DNA of 45,724 bases from a virus. The translations under genes and the position numbers were made by a program. The stretch lies in the IMG/VR virus record IMGVR_UViG_3300010385_000004; one strand, written 5' to 3'. This document shows positions 7,424-15,133 of this stretch, piece after piece. Below the pieces are notes generated by a model. The model ran no database searches. It was not told the origin of the DNA and saw only the letters and a program-made list of their open reading frames with translations. Every line of letters begins with the position of its first letter. Position 1 is the first letter of the stretch.

Positions 7424-7972
7424 ATGCAGAAACCCGTTAGAGATTTAGAGTTCTTAAATTCCATATTCAACTACAACCAAGAAACAGGAATACTAACATG
7501 GAAGTTCAGGAAGGATGTACCTGGTTGGTGGAATGGTAGGTATGCAGGTAAAGAACCGTCCAACAGGGACAAGCTAGGATACATAAGAGCAAAAATAACA
7601 AGAGGCAAGTTCTCTGCTTACGTTTCAGTGCACAGGATATGCTTTTTCCTTGCTAATGGTTTTGTTCCTGAGGTTGTAGATCATATTGATGGTGACGTCT
7701 CAAATAATAGGGCGTCAAACCTCAGGGCGGCAACATTTGAAAGGAATACATGGAACAGAATACCAAACGTAGGAACAGCCACGGGTTATAAGGGCGTTTC
7801 TGTATCATCAAAAAATGGAGTTGTTTGCGGCTACGTGGCTAGAATAGGTCACGGAAAGATTAGGGAATATCTAGGGATATTCAAAACCCCTGAGGATGCT
7901 AGGGACGCCTATAACAAGAGAGAGTTAGAGCTTCGACCTGACTGGGTTAGAGGTAGAAAGGAAAGTAAATGA
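7424..7972 (+). CDS. free-standing HNH (HNH_3) plus AP2-domain homing endonuclease
   Basis: VDHIDGDVSNNRASNLRAATFERN is an HNH motif. GYKGVSVSS...GYVARIGHGKIREYLGIFKTPEDARDAYNKRE is an AP2-like DNA-binding domain. It sits between terS and terL. Confidence 0.85.
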   Translation: MQKPVRDLEFLNSIFNYNQETGILTWKFRKDVPGWWNGRYAGKEPSNRDKLGYIRAKITRGKFSAYVSVHRICFFLANGFVPEVVDHIDGDVSNNRASNLRAATFERNTWNRIPNVGTATGYKGVSVSSKNGVVCGYVARIGHGKIREYLGIFKTPEDARDAYNKRELELRPDWVRGRKESK

Positions 7973-8121
7973 CTAGAAGTTTAAAATTCAATCCCCAAGC
8001 TGTTTTTTCAAGAGCCTACAACATGGATGCAGACGTAATAATTAAAGAGAGATCTTTCTTTAATTCTGATTACGACTACTTCGTGGATGTTGGCGGGAGG
8101 GGGGGTCGGCAAAACCGTTGA
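7969..8121 (+). CDS. terL: terminase large subunit, N-terminal fragment (frame 1), ending just after a truncated P-loop
   Basis: Hand translation: MTRSLKFNPQAVFSRAYNMDADVIIKERSFFNSDYDYFVDVGGRGGRQNR*. RBS aaggaaag. The ATG overlaps the HNH stop. The frame breaks at the G7 run 8099-8105. Confidence 0.7.
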   Translation: MTRSLKFNPQAVFSRAYNMDADVIIKERSFFNSDYDYFVDVGGRGGRQNR

Positions 8122-9457
8122 TAAAATCAAATCCGTTGTGCTTGAGTCCACGATCAGGAAAGTGCGCGTGTTAGTTACGCGTGAGTTCCTAGGCTCAATC
8201 GCAGAAAGCACCAAAGCTGAAATTGAGGAGTGTATAAGCGAACTCGAGCTCGATCACTTCTTTAAGGTGACCGAGAAACAAATAGTTGGGGCTAATGGTT
8301 CTAAGTTTATGTTCAAGGGCCTTAAAAACAACATTAATAACATTAAGTCAATTGCAGCTGTTGATATTGTTATCGTCGAAGAAGCCGAGGGCGTTAGCGA
8401 AATATGCTGGGATAAGCTTTTACCATCTATTCGACCTAAGTCGGGCAAGATGATTGTGATCGTGATATTTAACCCTGATTCAAAACTAGATGCCACATGG
8501 CAACAGTGGATGGTTAACACGCCTGAGCGAACACTAATAACTGAAACCAATTATTTCAACAATAAATACTTTCCCGAACACTTGGATAGAATACGCCAAA
8601 ACGATTTAAAGACTCTACCCAAAAGGCGCTATGAAAAAAAATGGCTAGGCATACCCACCGGCGCAGAGGGTGACATTATCATCGATGAAGCATGGCTTAG
8701 GGCTGCAAGGTTCGCTAGTCATCACGAAGAGTGGCAAAAAGTAGGACCTAAAGTTGTTTCGTACGATCCTGCAGGGCAAGGCCGAGATAATCACGCCGTT
8801 GCATACGCTGATGGTAACTGCGTTACTGAAATCGATGAATGGCCGTTATCACCTGACCTACGCTTTGCCACTAACAGGGCTTTATCTATGCTGCGCAAGC
8901 ATGAGGCCGACGAGTTCACATACGACGAGTGTGGCGGCTTTGGTGATGGTGTAAGCGTGTTTGTAAAAGACAATATCGACGGCACGAGTACCGATGAAGA
9001 CGGCGATAGCTTCGAACCCATTGACATTAAAGTCTCACCGTTCAACGCTGGCGACTCAATAGAAAAACCGGAAGATTGGAACGACGAGAAGAAAATAAAA
9101 GGTACTGAAAAAACACCTTATGAGATTTACTGCAACCAAAAAGCGCATGCCCATGGTGTAATCGCTCAGCAGCTCTACAACACTTACCGGTTTATCGAGC
9201 TTGGCGAGCGTGACATTGATTTTAACGATATGCTTAGCCTAGATATAGAAGACGATCAACTGTGGCATAAAATAATGCGTGAAATGTCAACGGCCTTGTG
9301 GGTTAAGTCTGAAAACAACAGCAAGAAGAAAGTTGAGGGTAAAAAAGCAATGGAGAAGCGTACAGGACAAGCGTCCCCTAATATTAATGACGCAATTGTA
9401 ATGCTTAGAGCGCCTAGAGACATAGAACCGGTTAACTTCTTTGATGTTGATTGGTAG
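8087..9457 (+). CDS. terL: terminase large subunit, main body (frame 2; PBSX/Terminase_3-like)
   Basis: ..GVGKTVDKIKS.. completes the Walker A motif begun in the fragment above. DIVIVEEAEGVS is Walker B. FNPD and the C-terminal nuclease-domain layout fit the family. The Met at 8087 is probably not the true start. Confidence 0.85.
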   Translation: MLAGGGVGKTVDKIKSVVLESTIRKVRVLVTREFLGSIAESTKAEIEECISELELDHFFKVTEKQIVGANGSKFMFKGLKNNINNIKSIAAVDIVIVEEAEGVSEICWDKLLPSIRPKSGKMIVIVIFNPDSKLDATWQQWMVNTPERTLITETNYFNNKYFPEHLDRIRQNDLKTLPKRRYEKKWLGIPTGAEGDIIIDEAWLRAARFASHHEEWQKVGPKVVSYDPAGQGRDNHAVAYADGNCVTEIDEWPLSPDLRFATNRALSMLRKHEADEFTYDECGGFGDGVSVFVKDNIDGTSTDEDGDSFEPIDIKVSPFNAGDSIEKPEDWNDEKKIKGTEKTPYEIYCNQKAHAHGVIAQQLYNTYRFIELGERDIDFNDMLSLDIEDDQLWHKIMREMSTALWVKSENNSKKKVEGKKAMEKRTGQASPNINDAIVMLRAPRDIEPVNFFDVDW

Positions 9458-9529
9458 CCCAGGGAATAAAAACAATAAACAGCCTTTGCATAACTGCAAT
9501 AATGTGTTAAGGTTGTTTTATTGAATTGA

Positions 9530-9751
9530 ATGGGCCGAGTTACTATGAATATAAAAAGAAGCCACCAAGAACAATTAAGCCAAGCAAGCAAGCGCATTGA
9601 AGAGCTTGAGAGTAAGCTAAAAGAAGCACAGATAAAAGGATTTAAAGATGGTTGGGAATCCAGCGGAGAGGGTTTTAACTCTGAATACGGAGCGAAAACA
9701 GAAGAAGTATTGCAAAACTATATTGACGAATTAAACAGCGAGAATAAATAA
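9530..9751 (+). CDS. coiled-coil hypothetical protein (alternative ATG at 9545)
   Basis: ORF track. Its stop abuts the next ATG. Confidence 0.5.
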   Translation: MGRVTMNIKRSHQEQLSQASKRIEELESKLKEAQIKGFKDGWESSGEGFNSEYGAKTEEVLQNYIDELNSENK

Positions 9752-9964
9752 ATGAAACAAGCAGATTTTTTAGAAGTAAGCGGCTCAACAGTTATCGAGC
9801 CAACACGTACCGAGTCAGGCCAAATGCTAGGCTGGACCATGGCGCGTAATGGCGTGCACCTTGAGCGAAACCGCGGCGGTGTTCGAACGTTTAAATCATT
9901 GGACTCTATTGCAGCATTTTGTGCTGAGCATGGCGTAGAGTCTTTTAGCACTACCGTAGGGTAA
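9752..9964 (+). CDS. hypothetical protein (70 aa)
   Basis: ORF track. Tightly packed with the neighbouring genes. Confidence 0.5.
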   Translation: MKQADFLEVSGSTVIEPTRTESGQMLGWTMARNGVHLERNRGGVRTFKSLDSIAAFCAEHGVESFSTTVG

Positions 9965-9969
9965 CCATC

Positions 9970-10278
9970 ATGCAACCAAAAACAAAGGAAGTTTTAACAC
10001 TAAAGGCAAATGGCTTTAACTCAAACCAGGTTGCTTCAAAGCTAAAATTGCATAGGCGAACAGTTGAATGGCACTTGAATCAAGCTTGTAATGAGCTTGG
10101 CGCTAAAAATACTATTCACGCTGTTGCTCTTGCAATGAAAAGCGGTTTAATACTGGCGGGCGAGATTGGTTGCATATTATTATTATGCTGGTCAGCTATG
10201 GCTGGCAATGTTGATTTACGTCGAGCGCCTACCGTTAGAAATTTGACTAGAACGGCTAGGCGTGAAGTTGTTGTTTAG
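9970..10278 (+). CDS. LuxR/GerE-type HTH protein with a C-terminal hydrophobic segment
   Basis: LTLKANGFNSNQVASKLKLHRRTVEWHLNQACNELGAKNTIHAVALAMKSGLI matches the LuxR C-terminal HTH pattern. It is followed by LAGEIGCILLLCWSAMAG (putative TM) and an Arg-rich tail. Confidence 0.65.
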   Translation: MQPKTKEVLTLKANGFNSNQVASKLKLHRRTVEWHLNQACNELGAKNTIHAVALAMKSGLILAGEIGCILLLCWSAMAGNVDLRRAPTVRNLTRTARREVVV

Positions 10279-10286
10279 GGGAAAAT

Positions 10287-10595
10287 ATGAAAAATGTACC
10301 GTACGGAATAAGCGATTTAATAGTAAGCGAAAAAGTTAGCAGAACGGTTAAGTTTGGAGACGGCCTAACTAAAATATATTCGGTGTCTTGGGGTGATAAC
10401 TTCGGATTGGAACTTGTAAGGGATGAGAGCATCAAGCCCTTTCATAAAAACAAGGTTGGAGATGATGATTGGGTTGATCCAAAAACAATAAATGAAGAAT
10501 CGGTGTTTATTGTTTTTGACAATGAAAAGTCTTTAGATGTAATGATTAGTCAGCTTCAATATTTAAAGAAAAACATAAACAGCATTGATAACTAA
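10287..10595 (+). CDS. hypothetical protein (102 aa)
   Basis: ORF track. RBS gggg/aaaat context. It converges on and overlaps the minus-strand gene by 4 nt. Confidence 0.55.
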   Translation: MKNVPYGISDLIVSEKVSRTVKFGDGLTKIYSVSWGDNFGLELVRDESIKPFHKNKVGDDDWVDPKTINEESVFIVFDNEKSLDVMISQLQYLKKNINSIDN

Positions 10596-10930
10596 CCAAA
10601 CAAACCAACCACTTTATCCCACTTAGTTAACACAAAAACAATCGCCGCTGCGCTACCTGTGTAAGCGGCAATTTTCAATTCCATCTTACTAACTTTACTT
10701 TCAAGGTTTTGTATTCTAGGGCCTAGCTGTTTATTCTGGCTTACATGCTCAGTCATTATAGCAATAGACTTATCAATAGACTGGATAGCTGCCTCAGTCG
10801 TTTTCGAGCTTTCTTTTATACCTTCAACGTCGTTGGCTATGTGCTTAACTTCGTTTTCAAGTGTCGCAAATCTCGCCCCGCTCACTTCCTCAGCCATCTT
10901 TTTTCCTTTCATTATCTGTAATTTACCCAT
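10592..10930 (-). CDS. XhlA-like coiled-coil protein with C-terminal TM anchor (likely start at Met12, 10897)
   Basis: Coiled coil (LENEVKHIANDVEGIKE...IQNLESKVSKMELK) followed by a TM segment (AAYTGSAAAIVFVL). RBS aagga lies before the third ATG. Confidence 0.5.
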   Translation of the reverse strand: MGKLQIMKGKKMAEEVSGARFATLENEVKHIANDVEGIKESSKTTEAAIQSIDKSIAIMTEHVSQNKQLGPRIQNLESKVSKMELKIAAYTGSAAAIVFVLTKWDKVVGLFG

Positions 10931-11175
10931 GAAGTATTGTCCATTATGTTAATGCCAATAATAACTAACTGCAAATTATTACATTAAATAAATGAACGTC
11001 AACTGTGTAAAAGTGCAATGAAGCACTGCTACAAGCCGCTTGCTGTATTTTTATTGAGCTAAAAATAAGCTATTATAGAAAATAAAACCTGATTAAGTCT
11101 ACGCTTTATGGCTGGCAATTATAATTACCGGTGTAATGGTGTATTATTTAATACGAAACAACCGAGGATAACTAA

Positions 11176-11334
11176 ATGGCTATCAATTCCGACAAGTACG
11201 TTGAAATAAACAGTGCTTTTTTCGGTGTCGTTTCTCGATCAGTTGCAAGCTCATCCGATCCTGAACCTACACCACCAACACCACCAATCGAGTTAGGAAA
11301 TTTTGTCTGGCACGAACAGTATCTATGGGGCTAA
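11176..11334 (+). CDS. small Pro-rich protein (52 aa, below the ORF-track cutoff)
   Basis: Hand translation: MAINSDKYVEINSAFFGVVSRSVASSSDPEPTPPTPPIELGNFVWHEQYLWG. RBS gagga. The N-terminus resembles that of CDS 27154. Confidence 0.45.
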   Translation: MAINSDKYVEINSAFFGVVSRSVASSSDPEPTPPTPPIELGNFVWHEQYLWG

Positions 11335-11336
11335 TT

Positions 11337-11645
11337 ATGGCTAACGTCGTAAAATTTAATATGAAACAAGTGCCAGCGGCAATATCTCAGATGTTTGTGA
11401 GAGTTACCGATTTGGACAGAAATACACTTTTAGAAGGTTTACATCCAGTTAATGGCGCTAGCGTTGAAATAGATTTAGGCAGTGTCGGCGAAGGCGGGCA
11501 AGGCGTTTTAATTCATGGCGACAATTACGCGGAAGGTAACGAAACAACATTTAAAAGCTACGCTGGCTACGGCGTTATTGAGTCTAGCGATCTGCCCCTA
11601 CTAACAGGAATTAATACTTTCAAAACAATAAATACTTGGAGTTAA
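11337..11645 (+). CDS. hypothetical beta-rich protein (103 aa)
   Basis: The ATG at 11337 follows the upstream stop. Lies in operon context with the esterase gene. Confidence 0.55.
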   Translation: MANVVKFNMKQVPAAISQMFVRVTDLDRNTLLEGLHPVNGASVEIDLGSVGEGGQGVLIHGDNYAEGNETTFKSYAGYGVIESSDLPLLTGINTFKTINTWS

Positions 11646-11649
11646 GAAA

Positions 11650-13515
11650 ATGTCAAACTTAATAATGACGGATGCTGTATATACAGCATCAAGCAGTACA
11701 TCTTTTGGTCAGTCTTTATCTGGCGGTGACGGTATAATATCTAACGGTAGTAGCCCCTTAACCGAAAGCACAACCAGTTTTACAATCGAGTTTAGAATGA
11801 CCCAAAATGGGGCTTCGTCGTTAAGCCTTATGGTTTCACAGCAGAACTTCTTTTGGATTGGTGTTAGTTCGGCAGGTAAGCCTGAGATTAGGTACGGAGC
11901 ATCACCTAACGAAGTGGCAATGAGTCCAGACATCGTTATCGCTGATGGTAATGAACATCACATAGCGCTGTCGGTAGGTGATTCTGGCGGATCTGCGTTC
12001 GTGGATGGTGTTTTGGTCGGTAGTGACGCTACCACTTTATCTGATGCAACGCCTTTAGGTGATAAATACTTCGGCATTAGAAAGTCTTTCGTAGGCTCTT
12101 CTGAGGCTGTTATAGATGAGGTGGTTGTATGGGATTTCGACAGGTATACATCGGATTTCACCGCACCCACTGTACCTTATACTGGTGATGAAACTGGCTT
12201 ACTCGGACTGTATCACTTGGATGGTAACGGTGTAGATTCAACAGGAAATACAGTTCCTGTTGACCCAGACCCAGATCCAGACCCAGACCCAGTCGATGGA
12301 GAGATACTTCCGAGCAACTCAGGAATACTATACAGCCCTTACAATTGGGTTGTGAATTCGGGGTTCTCAAAGACAATAAACCCCGGTGCTTATTTTAAAA
12401 TATTTGCGAAAACAGGTAGTTGCACATTAAACTTTGATGTTTCGGGGTATAATGAGTTCATACCTAGAGTTTTAATTTCTGTTGATGGGGTTACCTATCA
12501 GGAGCAAGACATAACCTCTTCGGTAGCCGTGGATATACCTGCAAATACCACGTACTCAAAACATATAATTGAAGTCATACTTGATTCTGCCACGGAATAC
12601 GAAGACAGATGGGATACGAACCAATCAGCTATGGTTTTGACCAGCATCCAACTTGACTCAGACGCCGAAATATATACGCCAGAAAGAAAACCAAACACGC
12701 TATTGATATATGGTGACTCTATAACGGAAGGTGTCAAGTCTAGAGGTAGCGCGGGCAACTGGGTTGCTAAAAACTCAGCAAAGGGGTGTTACCCGCTAAC
12801 GGTGAGGGAAAATACCAACTCAGAGATCGGTATAATAGGTTTTGGCGGTAGCGGTATAAACTCCTACGGTGGAGGGGGCGTGCCTAGATTAAAAGATTCT
12901 TACGACATGGTTTACGACGGCGCTGTCAGGGATTTTACCGACGAGCCTGATCTATGCGTTTGGTTAGAGGGTACGAATGATGGCACAGGTGATACGGTAG
13001 CTAATGGTATAACCGCACTTAACGGAATGATGACCGATATGCCAAACACTAAGTTTTTAATACTTAGACCGCTTAATGGAACCAAACAAGAGCAAAATCT
13101 AAAAGATATAATCAGTGGAAGTATAGACCCATCCAGAGCGACGTACCGAAGCACAGAAGGATTCTTTGATAGTTCCGATGCATCTGATGGGCTACACCCT
13201 TACAGTTACGCCCACCAAGGTACTATAGGTTACGGTATATCAGGGCTAGTTAACGAAGAGCTTGGTTCCACTGATTACACAGGTGATACGTCAACAGCAA
13301 CAATTACTATCGAAGGAATACCTAACGGTACTTACAGAACTATACTTTCATCTGAGGATGGTCGAAGCGTGTTTGATGGATATGTGACTTACTCGGATGG
13401 TTCAGGTAGCGCTGCTGGTGTTGAGTCTGCGGCTGGTAGTGATTTAATAGGTGCTATTGTCGATAACAACAATCCTCACGCTAGCGGCGCTGTTGTTAGC
13501 GTTACAACTTCATAA
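11650..13515 (+). CDS. LamG-like lectin domain, (PD)n linker, beta-sandwich and SGNH/GDSL hydrolase (putative glycan O-acetyl esterase)
   Basis: LamG-like features: FTIEFRM...HHIALSV...IDEVVVWDF...LYHLDGNGVDSTG. Linker: PVDPDPDPDPDPV. SGNH blocks: LLIYGDSITEGV (block I), WLEGTNDG (block III), SDGLHP (block V, DxxH). Confidence 0.75.
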   Translation: MSNLIMTDAVYTASSSTSFGQSLSGGDGIISNGSSPLTESTTSFTIEFRMTQNGASSLSLMVSQQNFFWIGVSSAGKPEIRYGASPNEVAMSPDIVIADGNEHHIALSVGDSGGSAFVDGVLVGSDATTLSDATPLGDKYFGIRKSFVGSSEAVIDEVVVWDFDRYTSDFTAPTVPYTGDETGLLGLYHLDGNGVDSTGNTVPVDPDPDPDPDPVDGEILPSNSGILYSPYNWVVNSGFSKTINPGAYFKIFAKTGSCTLNFDVSGYNEFIPRVLISVDGVTYQEQDITSSVAVDIPANTTYSKHIIEVILDSATEYEDRWDTNQSAMVLTSIQLDSDAEIYTPERKPNTLLIYGDSITEGVKSRGSAGNWVAKNSAKGCYPLTVRENTNSEIGIIGFGGSGINSYGGGGVPRLKDSYDMVYDGAVRDFTDEPDLCVWLEGTNDGTGDTVANGITALNGMMTDMPNTKFLILRPLNGTKQEQNLKDIISGSIDPSRATYRSTEGFFDSSDASDGLHPYSYAHQGTIGYGISGLVNEELGSTDYTGDTSTATITIEGIPNGTYRTILSSEDGRSVFDGYVTYSDGSGSAAGVESAAGSDLIGAIVDNNNPHASGAVVSVTTS

Positions 13516-13520
13516 TCAAC

Positions 13521-13540
13521 AAGCCGCTTAATTGCGGCTT
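13521..13540 (+). terminator. terminator-like hairpin (interrupted T tract)
   Basis: aagccgc-TTAATT-gcggctt, followed by tcctttgctt. Confidence 0.5.
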
Positions 13541-13614
13541 TCCTTTGCTTGATACTTTTTGTTCGTGCTATGGGTTATTATTAAAGCGCCAAACCAAACC
13601 AAAAGGGGAAACTT

Positions 13615-14472
13615 ATGGCATCGGTACAAATAGAGTTAGAACAAGGTGTTTGGACTCAAATAACCACCGACGATAAAGAGGGCGATATAAGGCATATTCA
13701 AGGGTATACATCGATTGCTTATTTAGAGTCTGAAGCGCAACCAGTGGGGTTTAACCCGTCAACTGCGACTATGGATGAAACAAAGAGGGGTGAAAATCTA
13801 GAGTATGGCGGTTTAGATGAAGGTGTATTTGTTTGGGCTTATGCTGTAACTGGCGATGCAACCATATCAATAACGCCGTCTGTTGGCGGTACATCTTCAA
13901 TCGCTAGCTTTCTGAAATCAATGGCTACAAAGTTAGGGCTTGAAGCTTCACGGTTTAAGGTTGACTCACAGCCTTCTAGCTTTGAAGCTAACGAGCAGTT
14001 TAAGATATTCTATCGAATACAAAGCGTGCCAACGAATCAGCAAATGGTGCTAAAGTTTGAGTCGGTTAATGCACTTAATATTATGGTACGCAAGATTAAC
14101 TTATGGAGCGGCGGGCGTGAGTATTTAGTTTATGGTGATGATGGGTCGCATACTGTAACAGGTACGTTTACCCCTGTTGATGTATTTACCGTGAATGGTA
14201 ATGTGCAAGGTGGTGGCACTCACCCAGTTAGTCAAGTTACTGCTAGTGTTGCGTTTGGTGCTGGTATATTTACTGCTGGCAGCTTGCCCACTAACGGAGA
14301 TGGGGTTGTTACTGATACAAATCTTAACCGTGCAACCAATCAGCCTTTGGCAGACACAAATCAAAGCGGGGTGCCTAGAAACTCAACTTTCTACTTGGTA
14401 TTTAATCACATTGGAAGTAATGATCCTGCGGTAGGTCAATTTTATTTGCAGTGGGAGGAGATATTTAGCTAG
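13615..14472 (+). CDS. hypothetical beta-rich protein (285 aa), possibly virion-associated
   Basis: ORF track. RBS aaggggaa. No recognisable motif. Confidence 0.6.
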   Translation: MASVQIELEQGVWTQITTDDKEGDIRHIQGYTSIAYLESEAQPVGFNPSTATMDETKRGENLEYGGLDEGVFVWAYAVTGDATISITPSVGGTSSIASFLKSMATKLGLEASRFKVDSQPSSFEANEQFKIFYRIQSVPTNQQMVLKFESVNALNIMVRKINLWSGGREYLVYGDDGSHTVTGTFTPVDVFTVNGNVQGGGTHPVSQVTASVAFGAGIFTAGSLPTNGDGVVTDTNLNRATNQPLADTNQSGVPRNSTFYLVFNHIGSNDPAVGQFYLQWEEIFS

Positions 14473-14473
14473 C

Positions 14474-14505
14474 AAAAAGCCCTCATTGCGAGGGCTTTGT
14501 TTTTA
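14474..14505. terminator. bidirectional Rho-independent terminator
   Basis: 9-bp stem aaagccctc / gagggcttt, loop attgc. An A5 run lies upstream and a T5 run downstream. It sits between converging genes. Confidence 0.8.
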
Positions 14506-14694
14506 TTCTGTATCAACAAGAATTACTTTCTTTTTAATCCCAGCAAAAGATAGCGCGGAATTAATCCCGCAAACAAGATCGTTGCCTGACTTGATTGATA
14601 GATCAACGTGACAGCCGCGATCGGTTTTAAGTTTTATAGTTGACTTTGCCCTTACGTTTACGCCTGTTTTGCTTTCAATTAAATTACTCAACAA
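14503..14694 (-). CDS. hypothetical protein (63 aa, TTG start)
   Basis: GGAGG lies 8 nt upstream of the TTG. Last gene of the antisense micro-operon. Confidence 0.5.
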   Translation of the reverse strand: MLSNLIESKTGVNVRAKSTIKLKTDRGCHVDLSIKSGNDLVCGINSALSFAGIKKKVILVDTE

Positions 14695-14832
14695 TCAATC
14701 CTCCAACCATTGCTTTGCATAATCTTCAACGCGCTGACTATCAACACCAGTTGAATAGTTATACTCTGGCGCTTGCTTAATTGCTATTAGCGCTATTAAC
14801 GCTAGTCGCTTTTCTCTTTGCTTATCATTCAT
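14695..14832 (-). CDS. hypothetical protein (45 aa, below the ORF-track cutoff)
   Basis: Hand translation: MNDKQREKRLALIALIAIKQAPEYNYSTGVDSQRVEDYAKQWLED. It overlaps the upstream ORF by 8 nt (atgaatga). Confidence 0.45.
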   Translation of the reverse strand: MNDKQREKRLALIALIAIKQAPEYNYSTGVDSQRVEDYAKQWLED

Positions 14833-14932
14833 CTTCATTGTCCTCATGCTTGTTTATGTTAACTAGATTTATTGCAACGAAAAACGCTGCGTACACTGCT
14901 AAAATTAAAAATAACGAAACCCAAACACCCAT
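14825..14932 (-). CDS. small membrane protein (35 aa, below the ORF-track cutoff)
   Basis: Hand translation: MGVWVSLFLILAVYAAFFVAINLVNINKHEDNEDE. One TM helix and an acidic tail. Confidence 0.45.
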   Translation of the reverse strand: MGVWVSLFLILAVYAAFFVAINLVNINKHEDNEDE

Positions 14933-14935
14933 TGC

Positions 14936-15133
14936 TTAGCCCTCAATCAAAACAGATGCGTTGTTAATACCCGTGTTAACTTGAGGTTTATAAATTAGCT
15001 CGCCATTAATAAACCACTGCCAAAACTCTCTAGACTCAAACAAAGTATAATCGTGTTCAACTTTGTAGTAGTGAGTGGCCCAGGCTGGCTTTGCTTCGTA
15101 CTCTTTTTTTGATAGCGGTAATATTTCTATCAT
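14936..15133 (-). CDS. hypothetical protein (65 aa)
   Basis: ORF track. ATGA overlap with the upstream gene. Confidence 0.55.
   Translation of the reverse strand: MIEILPLSKKEYEAKPAWATHYYKVEHDYTLFESREFWQWFINGELIYKPQVNTGINNASVLIEG

Noticed and set aside
11166-11183. Partial match (ataactaaatgg) to the 20-bp ATATAACTAAATGTTATTTA motif
   Set aside because: Only the first 11 nt match. The match contains the RBS-to-ATG junction of ORF 11176 and lacks the inverted-repeat second half.
12262-12291. Tandem hexanucleotide repeat, considered as a regulatory or CRISPR-like repeat
   Set aside because: It is in frame within the esterase CDS and simply encodes the (Pro-Asp)n interdomain linker.
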